In this document: positions 37,457 to 47,958 of the stretch, one piece after another
How positions within the stretch are numbered: position 1 is the stretch's first letter
How the letters are laid out: each line of letters starts with the position of its first letter
Program-made: the position numbers and the translations under genes
The notes under the pieces: model-generated
What the model was told of the DNA's origin: nothing
Database searches by the model: none
The model's input: the letters and a program-made list of their open reading frames with translations, nothing else
Origin: Oikopleura dioica
Lineage: Eukaryota > Animalia > Chordata
Reading direction: 5' to 3'
Assembly (NCBI GenBank): GCA_907165135.1
Contig: OU015568.1
Span: 3,596,001-3,660,000, forward strand
DNA length: 64,000 bases

Positions 37457-39165
37457 TTCAAATTCACAGCAAAAAATGAAGATCTTCGGCATTTTCGCGG
37501 GCTTACTTGTTTCAAGAGAATTTGGGGTCGGAGAAGCATGTGTCCAGCAAGAAATTTTGGAGAAAGTTCAAGTGCTGGAAAGCGAACTCAGCGAGCTAGA
37601 AGACGCAGCAGAGATTTTTGGCTCTGATCTTTCATCTACTGTTGATTTCCTAAAGTCTTGGTTCAAAAATAGCAGTTTTTGAAATAAAAAGGACCCAACC
37701 CTAAATAATTGGACTAAACCAATTTATGGAAGACTGTGCATTTTCGAATAACCAATAAGATTGCTATATTTGGCCTACCGGCCAATCAGATTCCTGATCC
37801 ATAAAATCACTTTAAAAGACACGGGTGACCTTAAATTATTGAACAAAAAATCGACATTTTTGTCTAAAAAATATCTCGCCTCAATCAAATTGGCAATGTC
37901 GAGTTCTAGTGGAAAAAAACCCTTTTACGTCAAGAAAAGCATCTTTGATCCGAAAAAAAGCAAAATTACGAAAAGCCTAAGAAGGTACAGCTACCATTTC
38001 CAGAAGACGACGTGGAAAACAAAGACCTAAGGCATCTACCAGAGCTTATGATTCACGTCAATGAGGATTATATCACGCCATTTTTATACAGGTTTGTAGA
38101 ACGCTTATATCAAGGTTTCCAAAAATCAAATTTCCAAAAAAATACGCGATTTAGCGCGAAATGTGTAGCGAAATCTTTTGATCTATAAAATTACCAATTC
38201 AGATTTTTACGACGGCGTCGGACAGGCTTCGAAGCCCGATCTCTCTGCAAATCGACCAATATGACTTTGGCCTTGAATACAGAAAGAAAAATCTTTAGCG
38301 AGAAGAAACGGCTCTCCAAGGCATTCTTTTGGAGCAAAGACGATTTTGAAAAATCAACGGAAAAATCCTGCGAAATGCTTTTTGATGACGTGCATGTAGA
38401 TTTCTTCGGCGATTCTTCTTCTGATCCAGCTACTGAAGGGAGTGGAAACTTCATGGAATTGCCGAGGACCTGCGTGGAGAACCAGTTTGTGTGCTTTTAT
38501 AGACTGGGATGGTTTCCGAAATATTCCTTGATATCGCGCTATTTGGAAATATTAAAAAAAATCATCCTTGAACAGATGCGATTCTCATTCCAAAATTACA
38601 AGGATCAAAAACTCTTAGGAAATGCTACCAAAAACCATAAAAAAAATTTTCCCAGAAAAATGGTAAATAGCATTGAAAGACTAAGTGATGCCTACCGATA
38701 CTGCGAGTCCCAGAAGATGACGTTGTTTCAGCCGGATACCAAGGCGAAGAATTTGTTTTTGTCGAAGCTCGCGATTTTGGTCGACAAGCCGATTTTGTTC
38801 GATCTTTATAGATTCGGGACAAACTTTGAGTTCAAATATGGCTTGGTTTCAAACATAATTCATTAATCTTCATGAGATTCCTAAAAAGATGATTTCTCTA
38901 AGCACCAGCTCAATAGAACGGAAAATAGTTTCGCTAAACCGATTAAAGCCTCTACCCCTCCTTCACGAACTGGCTACCGGAGGAGCCGAAAAGCCAGCGC
39001 TGCGTTCAGATGGCCTCGCGGAAAACGAAACATCTTTCCGCCAATTCCGACTGGGAGGTAAAATCCTCCATATCAACTGGCTGGGAGACGGTTGATTGCG
39101 ATGCAGCTTCGCTCTTTCTCTGCGCGGACAAGATGTTTCCAGACTCGTTTTTTGATATTGAATAA
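37457..39165 (+). CDS. Secreted C-type lectin domain protein (multi-exon)
   Basis: Signal MKIFGIFAGLLV and a coiled coil. CTLD motifs ARSLCKSTNMTLA, AYRYCESQKMTL, NWLPEEPK..RCVQM and WETVDC..FLC. Confidence 0.7.
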
Positions 39166-39201
39166 ATTGATCAAGGAATCTTTATGACTTTTTTTGCAAA
39201 T

Positions 39202-39510
39202 TTAATAATACGGGTAGTTTTTGCAGTAGTCGATTGAACTGTTTAAAAGAGCAACGCAGAGTGCCGAGAAAGCAATATTCATAAGCATGACTAAAATCCA
39301 AAAGTTTAATTTGCTAAATCAAAAATCTTTTCTTACGGAAAATTTCTGCCATGGCAAATGTTTGGAATTGCCTTTGAGCAGCGTCGGCTGAAAAAACTGG
39401 AGGAGGAGGAACGGGTTGTGGGTTTCCCGCGACAATGATGGTTTGGCCAGATTGAGCAGTATTTTGGACCATTTGAATTTGCCCATTTGGGAGTTGAACG
39501 TAAGTTGGAG
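39202..39510 (-). CDS. 3' exons (39510-39337, 39290-39202) of the host membrane-protein gene interrupted by the Maverick
   Basis: Joins in frame with the exon ending at 58657, reading QTLQ|APTYVQLPNGQIQM... and ending KNYPYY*. Confidence 0.8.
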
Positions 39511-39552
39511 CTAGAAAAGGATGTGTTTTGGGCAAAAAAGGGATGAGAGTCT

Positions 39553-39995
39553 AGTAGTATGTACATAAGCTTTTTTCAATAATGGAGATAAGGTAAACAA
39601 AGGAACGTAAATAATTATAAATATTTATGAAATATATAAACAAGTTAAAATATTTATTTTAAACGCAAACATATGATAAATATTAGTAAACTTAATATAA
39701 AATATAAACATGAGTCATCCAAACAAAGGACGGTCAAAAATAACAAAATATTTCTTGAAGGTTATTTCAATAACCAAGTTATTCAAATAACTTGTTATTG
39801 AAATAACTTGTTATTCAAATAACTTTTTATTACGATAACCGTTATTCAAATAGCCTTCTAGAAACTTTTATGTTATTTTTTACAAAAACTGACCCTATGA
39901 TGAGACTTTTCAAATATAAGCATGCGTAGGGTTTGTATCGGGAAGGAGGCGCGCGGCGTCGCGCTTTTCGCTCAAAATGACGGAAATCTATTTCG
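39553..39995 (+). repeat. Left TIR
   Basis: Reverse complement of 58205-58647. First 39 bp identical; roughly 25 substitutions overall by eye. Confidence 0.95.
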
Positions 39996-40591
39996 CGTAA
40001 CTTGAAAGACTTCCTGTGGAAAAACTATGAGTATATGAAAAAATATGAGGCTTGTTTATAAATTGACCTTAAAAACTTAACTTTTCATCAAAAAAGCGTA
40101 GTTTTCTCGAAAATTAAACGAAAACCTGTTTTTTGTGTTTCTAACCGACCTTCTGAATCTCTGATTTTGAGATATGTGAAAGAACAACTTTCTAGAGTCT
40201 GCTTAAGTTTGAAAACCGGGGAAAAACTAGAATGCTTTCAAATGTCCCGTTGATTGAGTCTTGTATAATAATTTTTTTTTTTCAGAAAAAATTATGGTGA
40301 ACAAGTCACAGAGCTGAATAAGATTCTTTGCTTCTTTTTGATGTCTGTTTTGAATTATTTATTTTCAACTAAAATATTTTTTTCAATAATTTCGCTTGCG
40401 TCAATGTTTACGACCAGTGTTATTTTTATAATCATAATTGTTTAAAGAAAGAAAAATTTATTTTTGGCTCTACTACAACCATTTTGAAGTTTGAATATTT
40501 TAAAACAAAATCATTGCCAAGTTATTGATCCAGTGTTTATTGTTGTAAATAAAAGGAGCGGTGAAAGATATGATCGCGTAATTAAGAGAAA

Positions 40592-41719
40592 ATGTCAACG
40601 ATGATAAGCGGAGAAATTCTTCCTCAAAAAGAGTTTGCATACCCTTTTCGTATATTGCTAAGTGGATCATCTGGTGCTGGAAAAACTTATATTGCAAAGC
40701 AAGTTCTTCTGAACAGGCATCTGTTTCAGAAGAAAACAAAGCGGGTCCTGTATTTTTATCCCTGTTTCCTTGAAGAAAAACCCGTTCAGTGGGATGATCT
40801 TGGAATTCCTGTTAGCTATCGCGTCGGTATCCCATCACAGGATGATATTGATGAGATGATGCCCCATACAACGATTGTTCTTGATGATCTTTATGAAGAA
40901 GCGATTCAAAGTCAAGCTATAGATCATCTTTTTCGAGTCACAAGCGGCAAGCGAAGCCTGAACGTTATGATTATGACTCAAAATAATTATGCTGCTGGAA
41001 AATTTGGTCGTAACATTCGTCTGAACTGTAACGCAACGTTTCTCTGCCGAAACTGTCTTGACGGAACAATCAATAAGAGAGTTTGCAATACAGCTGGGCT
41101 GCAAAAAGCGTTCAAGAGAGCGTCCGAAGATATCAAGAACAAATCATATCCTTACATGTTTCTTGATCAATCGCCTCGAGGTCATGCCTCAAGCTACCGG
41201 CTGTACACGGATATATTCTCAAAATATCCTGTTGTCTACTCAGTCACCGGTATGAAGGCTTGCATCGTACCCTTCAACGATTTCAAGCAAAACTTCAACA
41301 TTATCGAAAGAGAAAATACTTTCGAAGCAACAGCGAAGAAAGATGACAAAAAATACTCATCGTGCAAAACAATCGAAACATCAAGGGTTAAAGCAAAAAC
41401 AAGATGTGACAGCTTTACAGATGACTCGTCAGAGTCGGATGTTGAGAGGAAAAGAACCAGAAAACGACGAAAGAGATCTGTCCCCGAGAAGAAATCAAAG
41501 AAAAAGACAAAGAAATCCAAGCGAAGACGACCATCAACTTCCTCCGAAAGTGAAACATCCTCAGCAAGCTCAAGCTCAGGTAAAGAATCAAGTGAATCAA
41601 CAAGCGACTCTGAAAAAACAGAAGAAGACAGTGACGGATCAGATTCAAGCCCTGTACGAAAACGTTGCAAGCGCTCCAGCGTTCTCAGCGAAAGTAGCGG
41701 AGTTTCTCAGGCAGAATAA
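40592..41719 (+). CDS. A32/FtsK-like genome packaging ATPase with Ser/Lys-rich tail
   Basis: Walker A FRILLSGSSGAGKT, Walker B TIVLDDL, and VMIMTQN...IRLN. Confidence 0.9.
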   Translation: MSTMISGEILPQKEFAYPFRILLSGSSGAGKTYIAKQVLLNRHLFQKKTKRVLYFYPCFLEEKPVQWDDLGIPVSYRVGIPSQDDIDEMMPHTTIVLDDLYEEAIQSQAIDHLFRVTSGKRSLNVMIMTQNNYAAGKFGRNIRLNCNATFLCRNCLDGTINKRVCNTAGLQKAFKRASEDIKNKSYPYMFLDQSPRGHASSYRLYTDIFSKYPVVYSVTGMKACIVPFNDFKQNFNIIERENTFEATAKKDDKKYSSCKTIETSRVKAKTRCDSFTDDSSESDVERKRTRKRRKRSVPEKKSKKKTKKSKRRRPSTSSESETSSASSSSGKESSESTSDSEKTEEDSDGSDSSPVRKRCKRSSVLSESSGVSQAE

Positions 41720-42560
41720 AACTCATAGTACTCACCGTCGAATAACTAAAAAACGATTTCCCAGAAGAAAAATCATAGTCGACTCGCCATTCAAAATTTT
41801 TATGGGTGACTTGATTGAATACAAGAAATTCAAATTTTCAAATCGTCAGTATGCTTATGTTCTACTTATAATCGATTGCTTCTCTCGCTTTATATGGACA
41901 CGACCTGTAAAAACAAAAGGAGGAATCGATGTTGCTAACGCTCTCAATGATATATTTCAAGATTTTCTCGAATGGCCTAATTCTCTTATCACAGACGAAG
42001 GCTTGGAATTCTACAATGGCAATGTAAAGAAAATTCTTGATCGCTATGGAATGCATCACTATAGTATCAAAACAAAATTGAAAGCGAGTATGGCAGAACG
42101 AGTCAATCAAACCATCAAAAAACGAGTGGAGCTGTTTATGAAATCAACCAAAACTAAAAATTGGATCGATGTTCTTCCAGAAATAGTCAAAGGCTACAAT
42201 TCCACTCCTCATCGAGCCATTGGAATGGCACCAAGCCAAGTCTCACATGAAAATAGAGCACAGGTCTTCGCTCATCTCTTCCCGGATTTCGATTTGAAAG
42301 TCAAACCAAGACTCAAAATTGGGAACGTTGTCCGAGTAAAAATAGAGAAGGGTATCTTCGAAAAAGGATATACACAAAACTGGACAGACAAAATTTACGT
42401 CATAATCGATATCAGACAATGAGCCGGAGTAGTTTGGTATAAAATTGCAGACGAAGAAGGAAATAGACAACCTGGAATAAAGTACTACTTTGAGCTTAAC
42501 TTCGTTGCAGATGATCTTGAATCTTTTCGAGACAATGACCAAGGAGCTGAAAGTTCCTGA
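41343..42560 (+). pseudogene. Retroviral-type (rve) integrase with in-frame TGA at 42420-42422
   Basis: DDE motifs FMGDL, IIDCFSRF, ITDEGLEF and AERVNQTIK, plus YNSTPHRAIGMAP and FEKGYTQNWT. Homologous sequence (WYKIADEEG...KYYFEL) continues after the stop. Confidence 0.9.
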
Positions 42561-42877
42561 AATTTTCTTTGAAAAAAAATCAAGAGTACAATGTTCAAAT
42601 TATAAGCGCTGTCTGTAATCTGATGACGACTCCGCGTGACATGGACATTGCTTTCATAACGTGTAACTCAATTGCTTCTTGCTATGGAGAACCGAATACG
42701 CTGATGATGGGTCAAATCCGTCCAAACGACAGGTGGTGCCATTTCTCCGACCAACGCTCCGTTACCTTCCCTTTAAACATATATAACTGGCGGGATACAC
42801 GATTTTCAATCGACTTAGGCAGTCAACACATCATTCAACACTTTTCACTCCAGATACTTATCACAACAAGAGAATGA
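42511..42877 (+). pseudogene. Putative minor capsid (penton) protein, frameshift in A8 run at 42572-42579
   Basis: Beta-rich, with a C-terminus (FPLNIYNWRDTRFSIDLGSQHIIQHFSLQILI) resembling Polinton mCP ends; located in the morphogenesis block. Confidence 0.45.
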
Positions 42878-43089
42878 AAACAATCATTGCCTCGCTTGAA
42901 AATCGTCCAAAAAAATGGTTTCCAAAATCTCAATCCGGCGCGGGCAAACGAAAGTCAAAAAACGGTCCAACAAAACTCAAGCTAACACCAGGTCGAAAAC
43001 ATCCAAATACCAAAACAAAGAAAAAACGAAATCAAACAACAAAAGATTTGAAAAAATCAAAGAAATCATCGAAAAAGAAAAAAGCATGA
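42874..43089 (+). CDS. Small Lys-rich putative virion core protein
   Basis: 71 aa, very basic, QSGAG motif; ATGA overlaps with both neighbours. Confidence 0.6.
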   Translation: MKTIIASLENRPKKWFPKSQSGAGKRKSKNGPTKLKLTPGRKHPNTKTKKKRNQTTKDLKKSKKSSKKKKA

Positions 43090-43504
43090 ACTCATACCTA
43101 ATTGCGAAACGTTTAGAACGAGTTGAACATTTTCAAGGTGTTTACTCCATTGATACTTTACCCAAAATTGAAAATTTTCCTTCTTTTATTGTTGTCAACT
43201 TATCGCCTGAAATTTCAAAAGGCTCTCACTGGATCTCATTACGAATTATAAAGAGTAAAATTGAAATATTTGATAGTTTAGGCCTTAAAAAATATCCTAC
43301 GCAGCTTTTTGACTTTTTTGGTGATAAAGAAACCTTTTTTATAAAAGAACCCAGTCAGACTCGTCATTTTATTGTGGTTTTTATGTTTGCTTCTTCGTTA
43401 TTTTCCGTTCTCTTTATTCACGACAGAAACTTTCTTCTCTCTTTACTCATTCCTTTACTGTTAACGATCAATTACTTCTTTTCAAACTTTCTCAACTCTG
43501 GTGA
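43086..43504 (+). pseudogene. Adenain-like (C5) maturation protease, frameshift in T6 run at 43335-43340
   Basis: FQGVYSIDTLP, GSHW and FDSLG lie in one frame; QSDSSFYCGFYVCFF...ND lies in another. Confidence 0.88.
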
Positions 43505-43556
43505 CTAAAATTGGTGATATAATTGTCTAACTTTTTGCTCTTTTTAGACTGAAATC

Positions 43557-44866
43557 ATGACAGAAGTTGAGTACTACGACCAAAAAGTTGTTAAACGGCA
43601 TTATCCAAGAGAAGAGGACAGCTTGACCGGAAGGCTTAGCTTTAAGTTTGACGCCGATCCGAATCTTTTCCTTGTGAAAAATAAAATTGCGATTCATTTC
43701 ACAATCGAGCTTGACAAGAATTATATTCCTTCAAATGGCTTTGCTAGCAAACAGTTCGGAAAGACTGAAGTTGCGGTGAATTCTCAGATTATCGATAACT
43801 CAAATTCAAAGTAAGGACTTAATTTTTGTTCTGATAATTATTTTTTCTTTAGTTCTCACTACTTGTTGGCAGACTACTTGACCAAACGTGTCAATTTCGA
43901 CCCACTTTATGTTAATTCCGCATTCCAGATTGAGGGGTACTACGATGAATACAACTATGAGAATCTTGTTGATAGTGACTCAAAGAAAATGATTATAAAT
44001 GGACGACGCCCACAATGTTACGAAACATCTAACGGAAATTATATTTATGAACTTATCTTCCTTCCGACTCATGGTTTTTTCATGGAGAACAAACCTCTTC
44101 CTCAAAACACAGATCTTTCAATTACACTTTATCGTCTTAAACATGAGTTTTCGACAATGTTTATCGGAGAGAATGAAACTGATATGCTTCCAGCAGGAGA
44201 AGTCCTTAAAATTACTGATGCCTACGCTATTGCTGAATACGTGTCATCGCCGAGCCTGAGAAACTACTTTGGGAGAATCAAATCAAAGCCAATCACATAT
44301 AAATTCAATGATACTTTGATAACAACAATGAGTTTGCCAAAAGGAAGAAAAAATGTGCAACTTCTTAATGTGACTGGGGGAAATACCCCTGCATATCTGT
44401 TCTTTGGACTGATTCAAACAGAAGCTCTTCATGGATCTTCTAAAATTGATTCTTCGAATTTCAGCTTTTTCAACAATCTTGTTCAAGTGAATGTCATGTT
44501 GAATGGTCAATCTTTAAATGGATATCCTCAGGTTTATCTTTTCAATTTCTTATTTTTTTTTATCCTTATCTTTAGAAAATCACAAATCAATATCCGATTC
44601 TTCCCTACTGGAAATATCTGGACACGCTTGGGCGAGTTAGTCAAGCTGATTTGTCATATGTTGTATCAATGGAAAACTACAAAGTGAACAACATTTTTGC
44701 TCATGAGTTTGAAGGAGAAGAAATCTCACAAGGCTGGCTATCTTTCTCTTTCGATTTTAGCACACCACTTGAAGATGATTACTCAATCGTTATTTGGTCT
44801 ATCGTCTCGACCAAGCTCACGATTGACGAACATAAACAAGTTGAAAAAACCCTTCTTTGTAAGTAA
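43557..44866 (+). CDS. Major capsid protein (double jelly-roll), spliced: 43557-43810, 43853-44531, 44576-44866; 407 aa
   Basis: Polinton MCP-like motifs NGFASKQF..VAVNSQII, HYLLADYL, PAYLFFGL, VMLNGQSLNGYP and GWLSFSFDFSTPL...LTIDEHKQV. Two GT-AG introns restore a single frame. Confidence 0.85.
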
Positions 44867-44958
44867 ACATATAATTAATCACTGGTTATGAATAGAGCAC
44901 TGATTAACCAGCGCTTTAGAACTTCTGGTCTTCTTTTGCCCGCTCATCTCATTATCAA

Positions 44959-45280
44959 AATGTTTGTCACGATCAAAACTTTCACTTTTCGCTCCTACAA
45001 TGGGGGCGGCTTTTTCAGGGTCAAGGGAACTTACATTCCTGGTTTTGAAACTGACCTTGATTATTCACGACCGACCAAAGAGATCAACTTACGACTGTTT
45101 GCAAAGACTGGTGATGAAGTCTCGAATGTCTTCCAAGCTCTCCAAATGCACACAGAATCACAACGTCCTGCAGATCTCTACACCACTTCTGATGCCAAAC
45201 AATCCGACTGGGAAAAAGAACACAATGTCAAGCCTTCCTACACTTTCCGATTCAATCGTCCAGTCGACCAGAAAATCTAA
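44959..45280 (+). CDS. Maverick hypothetical protein
   Basis: 106-aa frame from MFVTIKTF with coding-like composition, directly downstream of MCP. Confidence 0.55.
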
Positions 45281-45839
45281 TTGTTTCTGCTTCTTTTGAT
45301 CCCTCTCTTGAAAATTTCTTTCCTTTTCTTTTCAATTTTTTATTTACTCGAGTAATAAATTTGTTTGGTGATTATCTCTTTGGTCTTTCTTTGGAGCAAG
45401 TTTCTATTTACAAGCAGGCAATAATCAAAATTTCTGGTTCAGTAAAAATATGCTCTCGTATGCCATCAGCTTTTTCGAACCTCATGTCGAAGTTTTATTC
45501 ACCCGTCATTCGAAAAATGTCCTTCTTGAATAAAATCAAAAGTTTTTTGCGGGTATGCTAACTCGACTACAGAAACTATAGAAGTTACTGCTGAAGAAGC
45601 TGCGATTATGAAAGGTCACAAGAATTACGAGGATCATAGACATCCAGAATGTCTTATCTGTGCAATGCTTGATGGATATGTAGCGAAACGTTTGAAGAAC
45701 TGAACAAAATCATTTTCCATTTTTTAAGAAAAACAAAAATGTCAAAAAAAGAAACTGCGGTGTATTCTTCCTGTACATAAAATTGGTGATAATAAAATTG
45801 GGTGATGAATTTCTTTGTCTTTCTTTATTTGTTTTTCGC

Positions 45840-46360
45840 ATGTCGAAGTTCCGCTTGAGCTATTTTCCTAAACATATCCAGGATAGCAAAATGTGCACGG
45901 AGTAACCAGTGCTTTTGAACCTCATGGCTAAAATTTCAAGTCTCTTCACAATAAGAAAAATATGTTTTTGCAGAAAGTTGAGAGTTTTAGCTGCACTTCT
46001 TACAGAAGTGGTGTCTTACTCAATATTGTCGGTATCTGCGGTGATGATGAAAATTCAAGCCAAAAAGTTCGTCTCCACTACACGTCTGTCAATGTGACAA
46101 ATAATGTTCTTGCTTTTGAGAAAATAGCGATAATGAACAAAAACAGAAAAAGTGGCAAAGAAAACTGGATACCTGTACAGATCCTTGGAACGGCGCCTTA
46201 AAAGGTCGACGATGAGCAGAATAATATTGTTTCATCTTACTTCGTTGATTTCAAAGATTTCACTCTTAAATACGAGCGACAAGACCTCTCCGATGACTGT
46301 CCTGTCTGCAAGACAAAAGACGTTTTTCGCTGGATTCAGAAAGAAGATAATGAACTCTGA
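45840..46360 (+). pseudogene. Degraded Maverick ORF
   Basis: The 45962-46201 frame continues past TAA to a CPVC-containing end; the 5' part is disrupted. Confidence 0.4.
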
Positions 46361-46517
46361 GAGATAACATTTCTCCTTCCTTTTACTCAAAAAAAATTGA
46401 TAAAAAAAATTCTGGTGAAACTCTCCTGTAAATAAAAATTTTCGGTGAAAATAAACTCTGGTGACAAAATTCCAAGTCTTTTTTAATTTGTATTCATTGT
46501 CGATAGAGTAAGTTCTA

Positions 46518-46734
46518 CTCCCGTGTAACAATTTTAGGGTAGGTTGGGTTGCGTCATTTCAGCGCTGCGCTCCCTGTACAATACCTACCACACCGCCCGC
46601 AGCAAGCGCCTTTCTCAAAAAGCGCCATCTCTATTGGATTTTACGCTCGCTGCGGGCAGTGTGGTAGGTATTGTACCGGGAGCGCAGCGCTGAAATGACG
46701 CAACCCACCCTACCCTAAAATTGTTACAAGGGAG
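46518..46734. mobile_element. Hairpin MITE nested in the Maverick
   Basis: About 90-bp inverted arms starting CTCCC(G/T)TGTAACAATTTTAGGG; TA at 46516-46517 and 46735-46736. Confidence 0.8.
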
Positions 46735-46749
46735 TAGTTTCCACAGGCA

Positions 46750-46947
46750 TTCATGGGATCAAAGCAGTTCTGAGAGGTATTTTTGGGATCGGGGGAGCTC
46801 TGAGAGGTATTTTTGGGATCGGGGAGCTCAGAGAGGTATTTTGGGATCGGGGAGCTCAGAGAGGTATTTTTGGGATCGGGGAGCTCAGAGAGGTATTTTG
46901 GGATCGGGGAGCTCAGAGAGGTATTTTGGGATCGGGGAGCTCTGAGA
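46750..46947 (+). repeat. 28-30 bp tandem array (GAGAGGTATTTTTGGGATCGGGGAGCTCA)
   Basis: About 6 units visible. Confidence 0.9.
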
Positions 46948-47004
46948 GATATAACTGGACTTAGGCGATGAGAAAATCAAAAAAGACTCACCTCAGACTG
47001 ACGG

Positions 47005-47855
47005 GGCTCTGACCCATTGACAGGTCTCTGACCCGTTGACAGGTCTCTGACCCCTTGACAGGCCTCTGACCCCTTGACAGGCCTCTGACCCCTTGACTGG
47101 CCTTAGTCCACCCTGACAGGCCTCAGACCCGTTGACAGGCCTCTGACCCCTTGACTGGCCTTAGTCCACCCTGACAGGCCTCAGACCCCTTGATAGGTCT
47201 CTGACCCGTTGACAGGTCTCTGACCCCTTGACAGGCCTCTGACCCCTTGACAGGCCTCTGACCCCTTGACTGGCCTTAGTCCACCCTGACAGGCCTCAGA
47301 CCCCTTGATAGGTCTCAGACCCCTTGATAGGTCTCTGACCCGTTGACAGGTCTCTGACCCCTTGACAGGCCTCTGACCCGTTGACAGGCCTCTGGCCTCT
47401 TGACAGGCCTTAGTCCACCCTGACAGGCCTCAGACCCCTTGATAGGTCTCAGACCCCTTGATAGGTCTCTGACCCGTTGACAGGTCTCTGACCCCTTGAC
47501 AGGCCTCTGACCCGTTGGCAGGTCTCTGACCCCTTGACAGGCCTCTGACCCGTTGACAGGCCTCTGACCCCTTGACTGGCCTTAGTCCACCCTGACAGGC
47601 CTCAGACCCCTTGATAGGTCTCTGACCCGTTGACAGGTCTCTGACCCCTTGACAGGCCTCTGACCCCTTGACAGGCCTCTGACCCGTTGACAGGCCTCTG
47701 GCCTCTTGACAGGCTTCTGGCCCCTTGACGAACCTCTGGCCTCTTGACTGGGTTCTGGTCCCTTGACTGGCCTTAGTCCACCCTGACAGGCCTCTCTCCA
47801 CCCTTACTGGCCTTAGTCCACCCTGACAGACCTCAGACCCCTTGACAGGTCTCTC
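47005..47855 (+). repeat. 18-bp-unit minisatellite (CTCTGACCCCTTGACAGG) with higher-order structure
   Basis: Over 40 units with a periodic variant CTTAGTCCACCCTGACAGG. Confidence 0.92.
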
Positions 47856-47958
47856 CTCGACAGTCTATAAACGGGCAAACTGAATCTAGACCCTTCCGAT
47901 TAGTCTCAGCCATGCAAACTTTGAAAGTGTTCTGAATTATTTTGAGACTAAAATGCAT

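Noticed and set aside
42915-43085. N-terminal extension of the protease ORF
   Set aside because: Overlaps the basic core ORF; ATGA coupling at 43086 gives a better start.
46750-47855. CRISPR-like arrays
   Set aside because: The units are directly tandem without unique spacers, the context is eukaryotic, and there are no cas genes.
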